A stretch of DNA of 64,000 nt from a bacterium (lineage in GTDB: Bacteria; Babelota; Babeliae; Babelales; JAUWHS01). The notes under the pieces are model-generated. The model saw nothing but the letters and a program-made list of their open reading frames with translations. It did not search any database and had not been told where the DNA came from. The stretch is from NCBI GenBank assembly GCA_043818275.1, contig JBDRFY010000050.1:10217-74216 (forward strand), in the 5' to 3' direction. Shown here piece after piece: positions 51,720-60,062 of the stretch; position 1 is the stretch's first letter, and the number at the start of each line of letters is the position of its first letter. The position numbers were made by a program, and so were the translations under genes.

Positions 51720-53105
51720 TTGAATATTACAGAAAAAATTAAATCTGCAAAAGGAAAAGGCGATCCAACAAAAAAAATAATTTTTTATTGGCTTCCCGAG
51801 TTAATTTCCACAGGAATACTTATTTCAGTCCCTCCGGTTTTAGATTCACTCATAATTTCACATTTAAAATCAACAACAATATTTGGCGCCTTTGGTATGG
51901 CTGCAAGTTTATTGCACACATTGACAAAACTTTCAGAATCAATTCCTGTTGCTGAAATGGCAATTGTCGGACGGCATAACGGCGCGCAAGAATATCCCAA
52001 ATGCGGTCAAGATTTGGGAGACACATTTTGGACAACTATTTTTATTGGCATATCTCAATTTTTATTAATTTTTTTTGGCGCCAGTACCATTTACTCCTGG
52101 TTAGGAGTTTCTGATAAAATGATATCTATTGGCACTCCATATTTAATTTTGCGTTCCCTGGGTATATTTCTGGTTTTTGTTTTAATGTCATTTATTGGTT
52201 TCATGCGCGGTGTTAAAAATACAAAAATTCCCATGCTTATAAATATTGTTGGCATGGCAACATTTTCTTTTTTTGATTATTCGCTTGTTCTTGGAAGATT
52301 TGGTTTTCCGCAAATCGGATTAACAGGTTCCGCAATCGCTTCAATAATTCAATATGTTGTAATGATTTCCATCGCAGTTTCCTATATTCATTTAAACCCT
52401 GATTATAAAAAATATTTTTATAAATTATTTTTTAATTATTTTAACAATAAAAGAGTCGCCCAACTTTTAAATTTAAGTTGGCCAATTATGATTGATAAAG
52501 GATCTCTTGCATTTGCATATATCTGGCTTTCAAAAATGATTGCCCCTATGGGAAAATACGCGATTGCAACTTATGACATAATTAACAAACTGGAACGTTT
52601 TGCTATTTTACCAGCAGCCGGTTTTGCAAATGTTGTTATTTTTCTGGTCAGCAACAGACTGGGAGCCAATGATCCAGATGGAGCAAAAGCAAACGTAAAA
52701 AAAATTATGGTTATGACGGCAGGCAGTGTTCTTGTAACTCTTTCAATCCTTTGTTATAACTCCAGATTTTTTGTAAGTTTTTTTGATCCAAAACATAAAT
52801 TTACAGATTTTGCTTCAACAGCGCTCACTTTTATAAGCTTATTTGTCGTATTTGATTTTGTTCAATTAATTCTGGCAGGAGCATTGAGAGGCAGCGGAAG
52901 TGTTCGAAGTGTTATGTGGGTAAGGTTCTTCTCCTGTTTTTTCTTTTTCCTCCCTCTTTCTTATTTTCTAGCTCACTTACCAATAGAAAGTGAAGTCCTA
53001 AAATTTATCATAATTTATGGAACTTTTTATATAAATACCGGTTTTATGGGACTCCTTTTTTTGAAAAAAATCATGAGCCCAAACTGGAAAAAAGATATCA
53101 CCTAA
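51720..53105 (+). CDS. MATE family efflux transporter/flippase
   Basis: 12-TM duplicated topology; RGVKNTKIPM, GLTGSAIAS and GALRGSG. Confidence 0.9.
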   Translation: MNITEKIKSAKGKGDPTKKIIFYWLPELISTGILISVPPVLDSLIISHLKSTTIFGAFGMAASLLHTLTKLSESIPVAEMAIVGRHNGAQEYPKCGQDLGDTFWTTIFIGISQFLLIFFGASTIYSWLGVSDKMISIGTPYLILRSLGIFLVFVLMSFIGFMRGVKNTKIPMLINIVGMATFSFFDYSLVLGRFGFPQIGLTGSAIASIIQYVVMISIAVSYIHLNPDYKKYFYKLFFNYFNNKRVAQLLNLSWPIMIDKGSLAFAYIWLSKMIAPMGKYAIATYDIINKLERFAILPAAGFANVVIFLVSNRLGANDPDGAKANVKKIMVMTAGSVLVTLSILCYNSRFFVSFFDPKHKFTDFASTALTFISLFVVFDFVQLILAGALRGSGSVRSVMWVRFFSCFFFFLPLSYFLAHLPIESEVLKFIIIYGTFYINTGFMGLLFLKKIMSPNWKKDIT

Positions 53106-53171
53106 ATTTTAGCCATAATTTGCATTACATCCATCAATTGGTATATTGATAGCTAAAATAATATTGAAATA

Positions 53172-53383
53172 TAGTCCGAAGTGATTTGAAATTCTTGAAT
53201 TAACTTTATTTTAGCTAAAACGCCCCACCCGCTCGTCCTGAGCTTGTCGAAGGAAATCGAGCGGGTGGGATATAAATTCGAGCATATTAAGAGAGTTTAT
53301 TAATTTTATTATTCAACTGTTCAAAATCACTTCGAACAATCCTGAACCATGGACTGAACTAGATTCAGGCTTGATTCAGGATC
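53172..53383. mobile_element. Composite palindromic element related to 15195-15477
   Basis: gtccgaagtgatttgaa ... ttcaaaatcacttcgaac inverted ends; inner REP cccacccgctcgtcctgagcttgtcgaagga...cgagcgggtggg; adjacent nested atcctgaac[ctgaactagattcag]cttgattcaggat. Confidence 0.7.
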
Positions 53384-53404
53384 TTTAATTAAAGGCCTAA
53401 ACCA

Positions 53405-53725
53405 ATGATCAAATTAGATGAAAAAGTTTTATTAAAACTTGCAAAACTATCAGCGCTAAAACTTTCTGACAACGAAATTCCCAAATTCACAAAAGATTTA
53501 AATGAATTATTGAAACACTTTGAAGAATTAAACAACATAAAAAGCTCAAAAGAATACCTGGCAACACGCAATAAAAATATTTTCAGACAAGATAAGGCAA
53601 TAAAACAAAATTCAGAAGAAATAATGGCGCAAGCGCCAAAAACACAAGATAATTATTTTGTTGTTCCATCCGCCATAGCCTTGGCGAAGGCGGACAAGTC
53701 AGTTCAAAATAAAAAAGATAATTAA
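53405..53725 (+). CDS. gatC: Asp/Glu-tRNA amidotransferase subunit C, carrying a 27-nt in-frame REP insertion
   Basis: LAKLSAL, FRQD and QAPKTQDNYFVVP; directly upstream of gatA. Confidence 0.9.
   Translation: MIKLDEKVLLKLAKLSALKLSDNEIPKFTKDLNELLKHFEELNNIKSSKEYLATRNKNIFRQDKAIKQNSEEIMAQAPKTQDNYFVVPSAIALAKADKSVQNKKDN
53669..53695. repeat. In-frame palindromic REP insertion in gatC
   Basis: tccgccatagccttggcgaaggcggac (9 codons, SAIALAKAD); GC-rich hairpin whose reverse complement matches the CTTCGCYAAGGCT family. Confidence 0.8.
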
Positions 53726-53726
53726 T

Positions 53727-55157
53727 ATGAAACCATTTATAACAATTAAAGAATTAAAAGAAAAAATATCAAACGAAGAAATAACACCGGAAGAATCAAC
53801 TAATTTTTTTCATAACAGATTAAAAAAACATGATAAAAAAATTCTAAGTTGCCTTGAAATTTTTGAACCGCAAAAAATTAAATCTAATGGACCTCTTGCC
53901 GGTATTCCCGGCCTTTTAAAAGACAATATTTGCCAAAAGGGGAAAATTGCTTCATGCGCATCCAAAATTTTGCAAAATTATAAAGCTCCGTATGATTCAA
54001 CAGCAACACAAAGAATGACAGAAGCTGGAGCCTCAATTTTGGGCCGAACAAACATGGATGAATTTGCGATGGGCTCAAGCGGAGAATACTCAGCTTATCA
54101 GATAACAAAAAACCCTTGGGATTTAACGCGTGTACCAGGTGGCTCATGTTCCGGCTCAGCCGCAGCGGTTGCCGCAGGATTAGTTCCATGGGCTTTGGGC
54201 TCAGAAACTGGTGGTTCAGTACGAACGCCCGCGGCATTTTGTGGAATTGTAGGCATGTATCCAACTTACGGATTAAGTTCACGTTTCGGAGTTGTAGCGT
54301 TTGCATCCTCAACAGATCAAATCGCTCCACTGACAAGAACGGTTTACGATAACGCAACAATTGCCTCATCTCTATTTGGTCATGATAAAAACGATTCAAC
54401 AACTCTTGATCAAAAACAAAAAGATTACACAAAAAATCTGGATGGCAAATTACCAAAAAATTTAACAATTGGGGTGTTGCAGGAAGCGCTCGATTCAAAA
54501 AATGTTGATCCTCAAATAAAAACTTCTTTTCAAAATGCGATAAAACAACTCGAGAAATTGGGTGCCAAAATTAAACCGGTAAAACTTGAAAATTTAAAGT
54601 ATGGAATTGCTGTTTATTATATTCTGGCTCCTGCGGAAGCCGCTTCCAATTTAAACCGGTATGATGGAACTCTTTATGGATTAAGAAATAAAAGCGCAAA
54701 AACATTGGAAGAAATGTACACAAACACCCGCCATGAAGGTTTTGGCGTTGAAGTTAAACGCAGAATTTTGATGGGTAATTTTGTACTTTCTGAAGGATAT
54801 AAAGACGCTTATTACAACAAGGCAAATAAAATCAGAAACATGATACGGGCAGAGTTCGGGCAAACTTTTAAAGATGTTGATCTTATTGCCTCTCCGACAA
54901 CAGCAACGTTACCTTTCAAAATAGGACAAAACGATAACAATCCAATGGCATTATACATGGCAGACTATTTCACCGTATGTAATTGCCTGACAGGAAATCC
55001 CGCGATCAGTATTCCTTGTGGTTTTTCAAAAGAAAATTTACCGATCGGTTTTCAGTTTATTGGACCTCGTTTATCTGAAGAATTGCTTTACAAAGTTTCA
55101 TACGCGTTTGAACAAAGTACAGATTATCATTTAAAAACACCAAAGGGGTTTGAGTAA
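53727..55157 (+). CDS. gatA: Asp/Glu-tRNA amidotransferase subunit A
   Basis: KDNI, TNMDEFAMGSS, PGGSCSGSAAAV, GSETGGSVR and EVKRRILMG. Confidence 0.95.
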   Translation: MKPFITIKELKEKISNEEITPEESTNFFHNRLKKHDKKILSCLEIFEPQKIKSNGPLAGIPGLLKDNICQKGKIASCASKILQNYKAPYDSTATQRMTEAGASILGRTNMDEFAMGSSGEYSAYQITKNPWDLTRVPGGSCSGSAAAVAAGLVPWALGSETGGSVRTPAAFCGIVGMYPTYGLSSRFGVVAFASSTDQIAPLTRTVYDNATIASSLFGHDKNDSTTLDQKQKDYTKNLDGKLPKNLTIGVLQEALDSKNVDPQIKTSFQNAIKQLEKLGAKIKPVKLENLKYGIAVYYILAPAEAASNLNRYDGTLYGLRNKSAKTLEEMYTNTRHEGFGVEVKRRILMGNFVLSEGYKDAYYNKANKIRNMIRAEFGQTFKDVDLIASPTTATLPFKIGQNDNNPMALYMADYFTVCNCLTGNPAISIPCGFSKENLPIGFQFIGPRLSEELLYKVSYAFEQSTDYHLKTPKGFE

Positions 55158-55159
55158 AA

Positions 55160-56134
55160 ATGAGCAATTTCTGGAAAGAAAAAATTAAAATTGGTAATCA
55201 ATCATTTCCAAGATTTATGGCCGCGCCAATGGATGGAATTACAGATTCACCTTTCAGGCAAATAGTAAGAGAATTTTCCAGAGAAGAACTGCTTTTTACT
55301 GAAATGAGACACGTTGATACGGTTGTAAACGCAAAGGATGAACTTTCGTTAAAATATAATAAAATTGAACAACCGCTTGCCTTTCAATTTTCAGCAAATA
55401 AAACAAATTTAATTCCTCAGGCGGTTAAAAAAGTTTTAGATAAAAATTTTATTCAAATAAATTTAAACTCCGGATGCCCCGCAAAAAACATTGTTAAATC
55501 CGGTTCCGGTTCAGCATTAATGGCAAATCCAGAACTTTTAAAAGAAATAATTATTGCCATGCAAAAAGAAATAAATGGCAAAGTTCCTTTTACTTTAAAA
55601 ATTCGATCCGGATTTCTGGTAAAAAATGCGCCTGAAATAGCTGAAATGGCTCAAGATTTAGGTGTTGACGCAATTATAATTCATCCACGAACAAGAAATG
55701 AAAAGTTTTTTGGAAACCTGGATTTTGAGCTTGTACAAAAAATCAAAAATAAATTAACAATACCGGTAATTTTTTCTGGCAGTATCACTGATTTTGCTGC
55801 AGCCAAAAATATTTACGAAAAAACAGGTTGCGATGGTTTTATGATCGGTCGCGCGCTTTGGGGTGCTCCGTGGAAATTGGAAGAATTAAAACTTGAATCT
55901 GAAAACAAAACTTTAAAAATTGATATGAAAACCAAACTTAAACTTTCACTTAAACATTTAAAATTAAATCCTGATTTTTACGGACCAAATGGATTTCAAA
56001 AATTAAAATCACACCTAGCACATTACATTACAAAAATAAAAAGTGCAGCTCAAATAAGAAGAGAATTACTTGAAACAACAAATGAACAAGAAATGAAAAC
56101 AAACCTGGAAGAATTATTAAAAAATTACAAATAA
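55160..56134 (+). CDS. tRNA-dihydrouridine synthase (DusB-like)
   Basis: APMDGITD, NLNSGCP, GSALM, IHPRT and MIGRA. Confidence 0.92.
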   Translation: MSNFWKEKIKIGNQSFPRFMAAPMDGITDSPFRQIVREFSREELLFTEMRHVDTVVNAKDELSLKYNKIEQPLAFQFSANKTNLIPQAVKKVLDKNFIQINLNSGCPAKNIVKSGSGSALMANPELLKEIIIAMQKEINGKVPFTLKIRSGFLVKNAPEIAEMAQDLGVDAIIIHPRTRNEKFFGNLDFELVQKIKNKLTIPVIFSGSITDFAAAKNIYEKTGCDGFMIGRALWGAPWKLEELKLESENKTLKIDMKTKLKLSLKHLKLNPDFYGPNGFQKLKSHLAHYITKIKSAAQIRRELLETTNEQEMKTNLEELLKNYK

Positions 56135-56947
56135 ATGCAAATCGTAAAAAAAATATTAATTTCCATTATTTTTATCATTCTTATCTTTTTTATTTCAAAA
56201 CAACTCCTGTTTTTTAAAAAAACATTACTGGATGATTTTACGCATAACATAAACTACCCCACCATATTACTTGCGCATAAACTAGCCAGTCCTTTTAAAA
56301 ATTTTTGGCAAAAAAAAACCGATCATAAAAATCTAATAAAAGAATACGAAGCATTAAAAGAAAAATATGATGAACTAATTAAAGAAAATATTGAATTAAA
56401 ATCAACAATAAACCATCAAAAAAACACTGATGAATTAACCGAATTTCAACAAAGATACAATCAAAATAATACTTTAATCGCAAAAGTTTTATTAAAAAAC
56501 ATAACCGAATCAGAACAGTTTTTTTTAATAAATCGTGGAAAAAATGACGAGATAAAAAAAGATACGGTTGCCATTTACAAAAATCAGATAATTGGCCGTG
56601 TAACTGATGTTTTTTCTTACTACAGCAAAATTCTTTTAATTACGGATTCTAATTCCAAAATTTCAGCCTACACCGAAAAAACAAAGGCTTCTGGAATAGT
56701 TAACGGATTAAATGACATAACTCAATGCCAACTCGGTTATGTTAATCATTTATCAAAAATTCAGGATAAAGACCTGGTTATTTCAAGTGGTCAGGGACTA
56801 ATTTATCCAGAAGGCTTTGCTCTTGGAAAAATCACAAAATTTAATAAAAAAGACCTTTATTACGATATAACAATAAAACCATTATTTGACTTAAAAAATA
56901 TTGATTTTTGTTTATTATTAAAACAATCTAAAATAAAAGCTTTCTAG
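56135..56947 (+). CDS. mreC: Rod shape-determining protein MreC
   Basis: N-terminal TM, coiled coil, INRGK, IIGRV and VISSGQGLIYPEG. Confidence 0.9.
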   Translation: MQIVKKILISIIFIILIFFISKQLLFFKKTLLDDFTHNINYPTILLAHKLASPFKNFWQKKTDHKNLIKEYEALKEKYDELIKENIELKSTINHQKNTDELTEFQQRYNQNNTLIAKVLLKNITESEQFFLINRGKNDEIKKDTVAIYKNQIIGRVTDVFSYYSKILLITDSNSKISAYTEKTKASGIVNGLNDITQCQLGYVNHLSKIQDKDLVISSGQGLIYPEGFALGKITKFNKKDLYYDITIKPLFDLKNIDFCLLLKQSKIKAF

Positions 56948-56993
56948 CCAATCAGTTAAATATTTGATAAAAATAATATATTGAAATTTACAT

Positions 56994-57126
56994 GCGCCTC
57001 CCTCGACCCTTAAGGGCTCGGGACAGGTTCCGCTTCCCCCTTCGCTCTTCGAGCTTCGGAGGACAAGCAATTGGATAAATAATTTCACCGTTCTCCCTGA
57101 GAAGCCACCATGGCATCTCGAAGGGT
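56994..57126. repeat. Cluster of REP hairpins interleaved with tRNA-Arg 5' fragments
   Basis: ccctcgacccttaagggctcggga, ccttcgctcttcgagcttcggagg and ccctgaga...tctcgaaggg; gcgcct and caattggata match the 5' end of tRNA-Arg(TCG). Confidence 0.6.
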
Positions 57127-57156
57127 TAAATAAATTGAAATATAAAAATTATACGT

Positions 57157-57233
57157 GCGCCTGTAGCTCAATTGGATAGAGTACCGGACTTCGAATCCGT
57201 TGGTTGCAGGTTCGACTCCTGCCAGGCGCGCCA
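57157..57233 (+). tRNA. tRNA-Arg(TCG)
   Basis: GCGCCTG/CAGGCGC acceptor stem, TGGATAGAG D loop, CGGA-CTTCGAA-TCCG anticodon arm, GTTCGACTC, CCA. Confidence 0.94.
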
Positions 57234-57263
57234 TCCTACGCCAAGGCTTCGGATGGCAGGCCA
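57230..57263 (+). repeat. tRNA-3'-trailer hairpin
   Basis: gccatcc-tacgccaaggcttc-ggatggc followed by aggcc. Confidence 0.8.
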
Positions 57264-57303
57264 TCTTTTTTATGGAATTTTTATTACATACCTATAACTC
57301 AAA

Positions 57304-57378
57304 TGAACCCTTCGACTAGCTCAGGACTTCGAGTTTCCTAAACTCGGGGTTCACTCCCGAAGAATTGAGGGACCGCAG
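57304..57378 (+). pseudogene. REP-interrupted remnant of tRNA-Arg(CCT)
   Basis: tagctcagg, exact gagtttcctaaactc anticodon arm and ccgcag are colinear with the intact tRNA downstream. Confidence 0.6.
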
Positions 57379-57405
57379 ATCAAAAATGAATTTGACATTG
57401 AATGT

Positions 57406-57482
57406 GTGCCTATAGCTCAGGTGGATAGAGCGAGAGTTTCCTAAACTCTAGGCCGCAGGTTCGAGTCCTGCTAGGCACACCA
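57406..57482 (+). tRNA. tRNA-Arg(CCT)
   Basis: GTGCCTA/TAGGCAC acceptor stem, AGAGT-TTCCTAA-ACTCT anticodon arm, GTTCGAGTC, CCA. Confidence 0.95.
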
Positions 57483-57597
57483 GCTTTCGCTAAAGCTTCA
57501 GCTGGCATGCCAAATAAATTAATGAATTTTTAAATAACTTATAAGAACCATTGATAGCGAAAGCTGTCCGCCGAAGCTCTTAAGAGCGTAGGAGGAC
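57480..57597 (+). repeat. tRNA-3'-trailer palindromic element preceding the GIY-YIG gene
   Basis: ccagct...agctgg hairpin; tagcgaaagctg (57555-57566) complementary to 57481-57492; gtccgccgaagctcttaagagcgtaggaggac. Confidence 0.82.
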
Positions 57598-57619
57598 TGG
57601 CCAAAAATTAATAAAAATT

Positions 57620-57862
57620 ATGCATTACGTTTATATCATTCAATCAATAAATTACCCCCAAAAACGATATGTTGGATGCTCAAACAATATAAAAAAACGT
57701 TTGACCAATCACAATTCAGGAACTACTTCTCATACCAGAAAATATAAACCTTGGGAACTTATTGTATGTATATGCTTTAAAAATAAAGATAAAGCCGTAG
57801 AATTTGAAAAATATTTAAAGTCTGGTTCAGGAAGAGCTTTCTCTGCAAAAAGATTTTTCTAA
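57620..57862 (+). CDS. Small stand-alone GIY-YIG nuclease
   Basis: YVYII...YVGCS...RLTNHNSG...T.KYKPW...A..FEKYLKSGSGR. Confidence 0.92.
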   Translation: MHYVYIIQSINYPQKRYVGCSNNIKKRLTNHNSGTTSHTRKYKPWELIVCICFKNKDKAVEFEKYLKSGSGRAFSAKRFF

Positions 57863-57957
57863 TCATTTCGTACCGCAAAATGCACATACACCAAATTTCT
57901 GCTATTCTGCTGTATTGTTTTATAGCAAATCGTTTTTTAGGTAAAAGGGGTTATCAG

Positions 57958-59076
57958 GTGAACCTATTAGATTTTGTGTTCAAAAAAATATTATGGCTAT
58001 TTATCTTTACAGGAATACCATTCGTTATCTTATGTAAAGACGACATCGTTTTTCGTGATATTTTGGGTAACGAGAGCATTCTCAATCCAACCGTAAAAAA
58101 ACAAATACATGAAAAATATTTTTGGCTCAAAAATTCTATCTATTTTAAATCTCTGGAAGATCCCAAAAATAAAAAAGAATCTGTGCGCAACCCCAAATGG
58201 GTGCGAGAAATATGCAAAAGCGATCCATCGATTGCAACACTTACGGTGCAAACTGAAGATGGACTTACGTTACCATGTTTATACTTTGATCGAGGCAAAG
58301 AGAACCTGGTGGTGATGGGACATGGCCTTGCGGATGTTTCTTATAAAATGATTTTGTACGCGGAAATATTTCATGACTGTGATGTATTAATTATTGGATT
58401 TCGTGGGCACAGTTTAGCAGCATGGTATGAACTGCGTCCATGGAAAAGGTTTTTTAATATCGACTTTAATTGCAAATTTGGAGAGAAAGAGCAATTAGAT
58501 GTTTTTGCAGCAGTTGAAAAAGTAAAAGAATTAAAAAAATATGAAAATATTATTGGCTTTGGACCATGTTATGGAGCGTTTGTTTTGGCAAAAGCGCAAG
58601 GAATTAAGGAAGCAAATAATGAAAAATTGTTTGATAAATTAATTTTGTATGAAAGCTGGCCGAATGGTAAGGCATTTATTGAAAAGTACGCAAAAGATCC
58701 AGGTATTGCTATTAACCACCAAAAACATAGTTATTGCGCTAATCTCACACTGTGTAAGAATGGTCATCTAAAAAAACTATTTTTATGGATTATCCAAACT
58801 TTTTTTGAAATCAACTGTGATAAGTTAAACTTAGTACCATATCTTCAAAATATCAAAAATACACCAGTCTTATTGTTGCATGCTACTAATGATATAATTG
58901 TCTCAAATGAAGAGTTTGAAGTTGTTTTTAATTCATTGGCAACTCAAAATAAACAGGCCGTCTTTTTCCCCTGCACGCATTCGCGTTCTCACGTCTGGGA
59001 AAAAGAGGTTTTTGCATATGTTTGCAATGAATTTATTTATGCGAAAGAGAAACATGAAAATTTCAAAAAATTATAA
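57958..59076 (+). CDS. Alpha/beta hydrolase-fold protein (start revised to GTG at 57958)
   Basis: TEDGLTL, VMGHG, FRGHS, nucleophile elbow GPCYG, PVLLLHATNDIIV and C-terminal His. Confidence 0.78.
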   Translation: MNLLDFVFKKILWLFIFTGIPFVILCKDDIVFRDILGNESILNPTVKKQIHEKYFWLKNSIYFKSLEDPKNKKESVRNPKWVREICKSDPSIATLTVQTEDGLTLPCLYFDRGKENLVVMGHGLADVSYKMILYAEIFHDCDVLIIGFRGHSLAAWYELRPWKRFFNIDFNCKFGEKEQLDVFAAVEKVKELKKYENIIGFGPCYGAFVLAKAQGIKEANNEKLFDKLILYESWPNGKAFIEKYAKDPGIAINHQKHSYCANLTLCKNGHLKKLFLWIIQTFFEINCDKLNLVPYLQNIKNTPVLLLHATNDIIVSNEEFEVVFNSLATQNKQAVFFPCTHSRSHVWEKEVFAYVCNEFIYAKEKHENFKKL

Positions 59077-59181
59077 TTAGCATCAGCTCACAGAAACTAA
59101 GAACTCTTTAATCTCAAAAGAAGCTACATTTTCAATAGAAAAAGTTCTAAAATAGTCTTGCATGGCACACCAGCAAAATTT

Positions 59182-59210
59182 AAGGCTCCAAAAAATCGGA
59201 GCCTTTTTTT
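59182..59210. terminator. Intrinsic terminator
   Basis: aaggctcc-aaaaaatc-ggagcctt followed by a T tract. Confidence 0.75.
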
Positions 59211-59361
59211 ATCCCAACTTTGCCAAACTTCACTTTCCTGCTAAAATCAAACAACTTTTCATTTTAAAATTTAAATAGGATAAAAAATGTTTAAAAAATT
59301 ATTTTTCATCGCAACTCTTTTTTTATTCACCTCAATTTGCGCGAACACCGAAAATCAAACA
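59196..59361 (+). repeat. Direct repeat copy 1 (promoter plus signal-peptide coding region)
   Basis: Near-identical to 60823-60988; includes TTGCCA/TAAAAT promoter-like boxes. Confidence 0.92.
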
Positions 59362-60030
59362 ATTACTGATGTTGAATTTATAAAAAATGAACAATTTACA
59401 GTCAACATAGATTCTGAAAACATAGAAACTCTTTTAAAATTATATGCCAATGATAAATGGGGATTTGTTGGACATGAATTTATTGATAAATGGAAAAATA
59501 AAAATCCATTTTTAGATACAGATTTTATAACCTTTCCTAATATTATTTCTATTCCTTTTATAACGCTAGCAACTTTCTTTACGTCTCTTCTTGTATCAAT
59601 AGGTTTAGCAAAAACTTTAGCAATCCCGTTTAATAAAATTATTAAAACAAAAAGAGATACTGATGCTATTGCTGCAATCATTGCCTCAATCATTATTCCC
59701 ATGGCTATAATTTCTCAATTTGTATTTCATTTAAAATTATATAAAAAACAATTAAATATGATTACAAAAAGTGAAACCGAAAGAGTAAAATTATATTTCA
59801 AAAAACTTTTAGATCAGTGGTCAGAATACAAAAAAATAATACCTGAAGAATTACATCCTTTATTTGAAAAATTAATCGTAGAAATTGACAAATTAGACCT
59901 TGAAAATCTTTTAAGAATAATTCAAGAGTTACAATATCAAACAATAAAAAATCACGCAGTTTTTTATGAAAAATACAAACAAAACTTATATTTCAAGGTA
60001 TCATCCAGATTTATTTATAAAACCACTTGA
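59287..60030 (+). CDS. Signal-peptide, 2-TM hypothetical protein (partner P1)
   Basis: Paralogue of 60914..61588: LYANDKWGF, YKKI.P..LHPL.EKL. Confidence 0.8.
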   Translation: MFKKLFFIATLFLFTSICANTENQTITDVEFIKNEQFTVNIDSENIETLLKLYANDKWGFVGHEFIDKWKNKNPFLDTDFITFPNIISIPFITLATFFTSLLVSIGLAKTLAIPFNKIIKTKRDTDAIAAIIASIIIPMAIISQFVFHLKLYKKQLNMITKSETERVKLYFKKLLDQWSEYKKIIPEELHPLFEKLIVEIDKLDLENLLRIIQELQYQTIKNHAVFYEKYKQNLYFKVSSRFIYKTT

Positions 60031-60062
60031 TATTTAAAAATTCTTCAAGTATTAAAGTAAAA

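Noticed and set aside
53884..54498. 204-aa minus-strand ORF and the other short ORFs nested in long genes
   Set aside because: They lie antisense or out-of-frame within well-supported genes (gatA, lon, sbcC, gap, array genes) and show no motifs.
56994..57597. CRISPR array made of the short palindromes
   Set aside because: The repeats are non-identical, irregularly spaced and tied to tRNAs; no cas genes are present.
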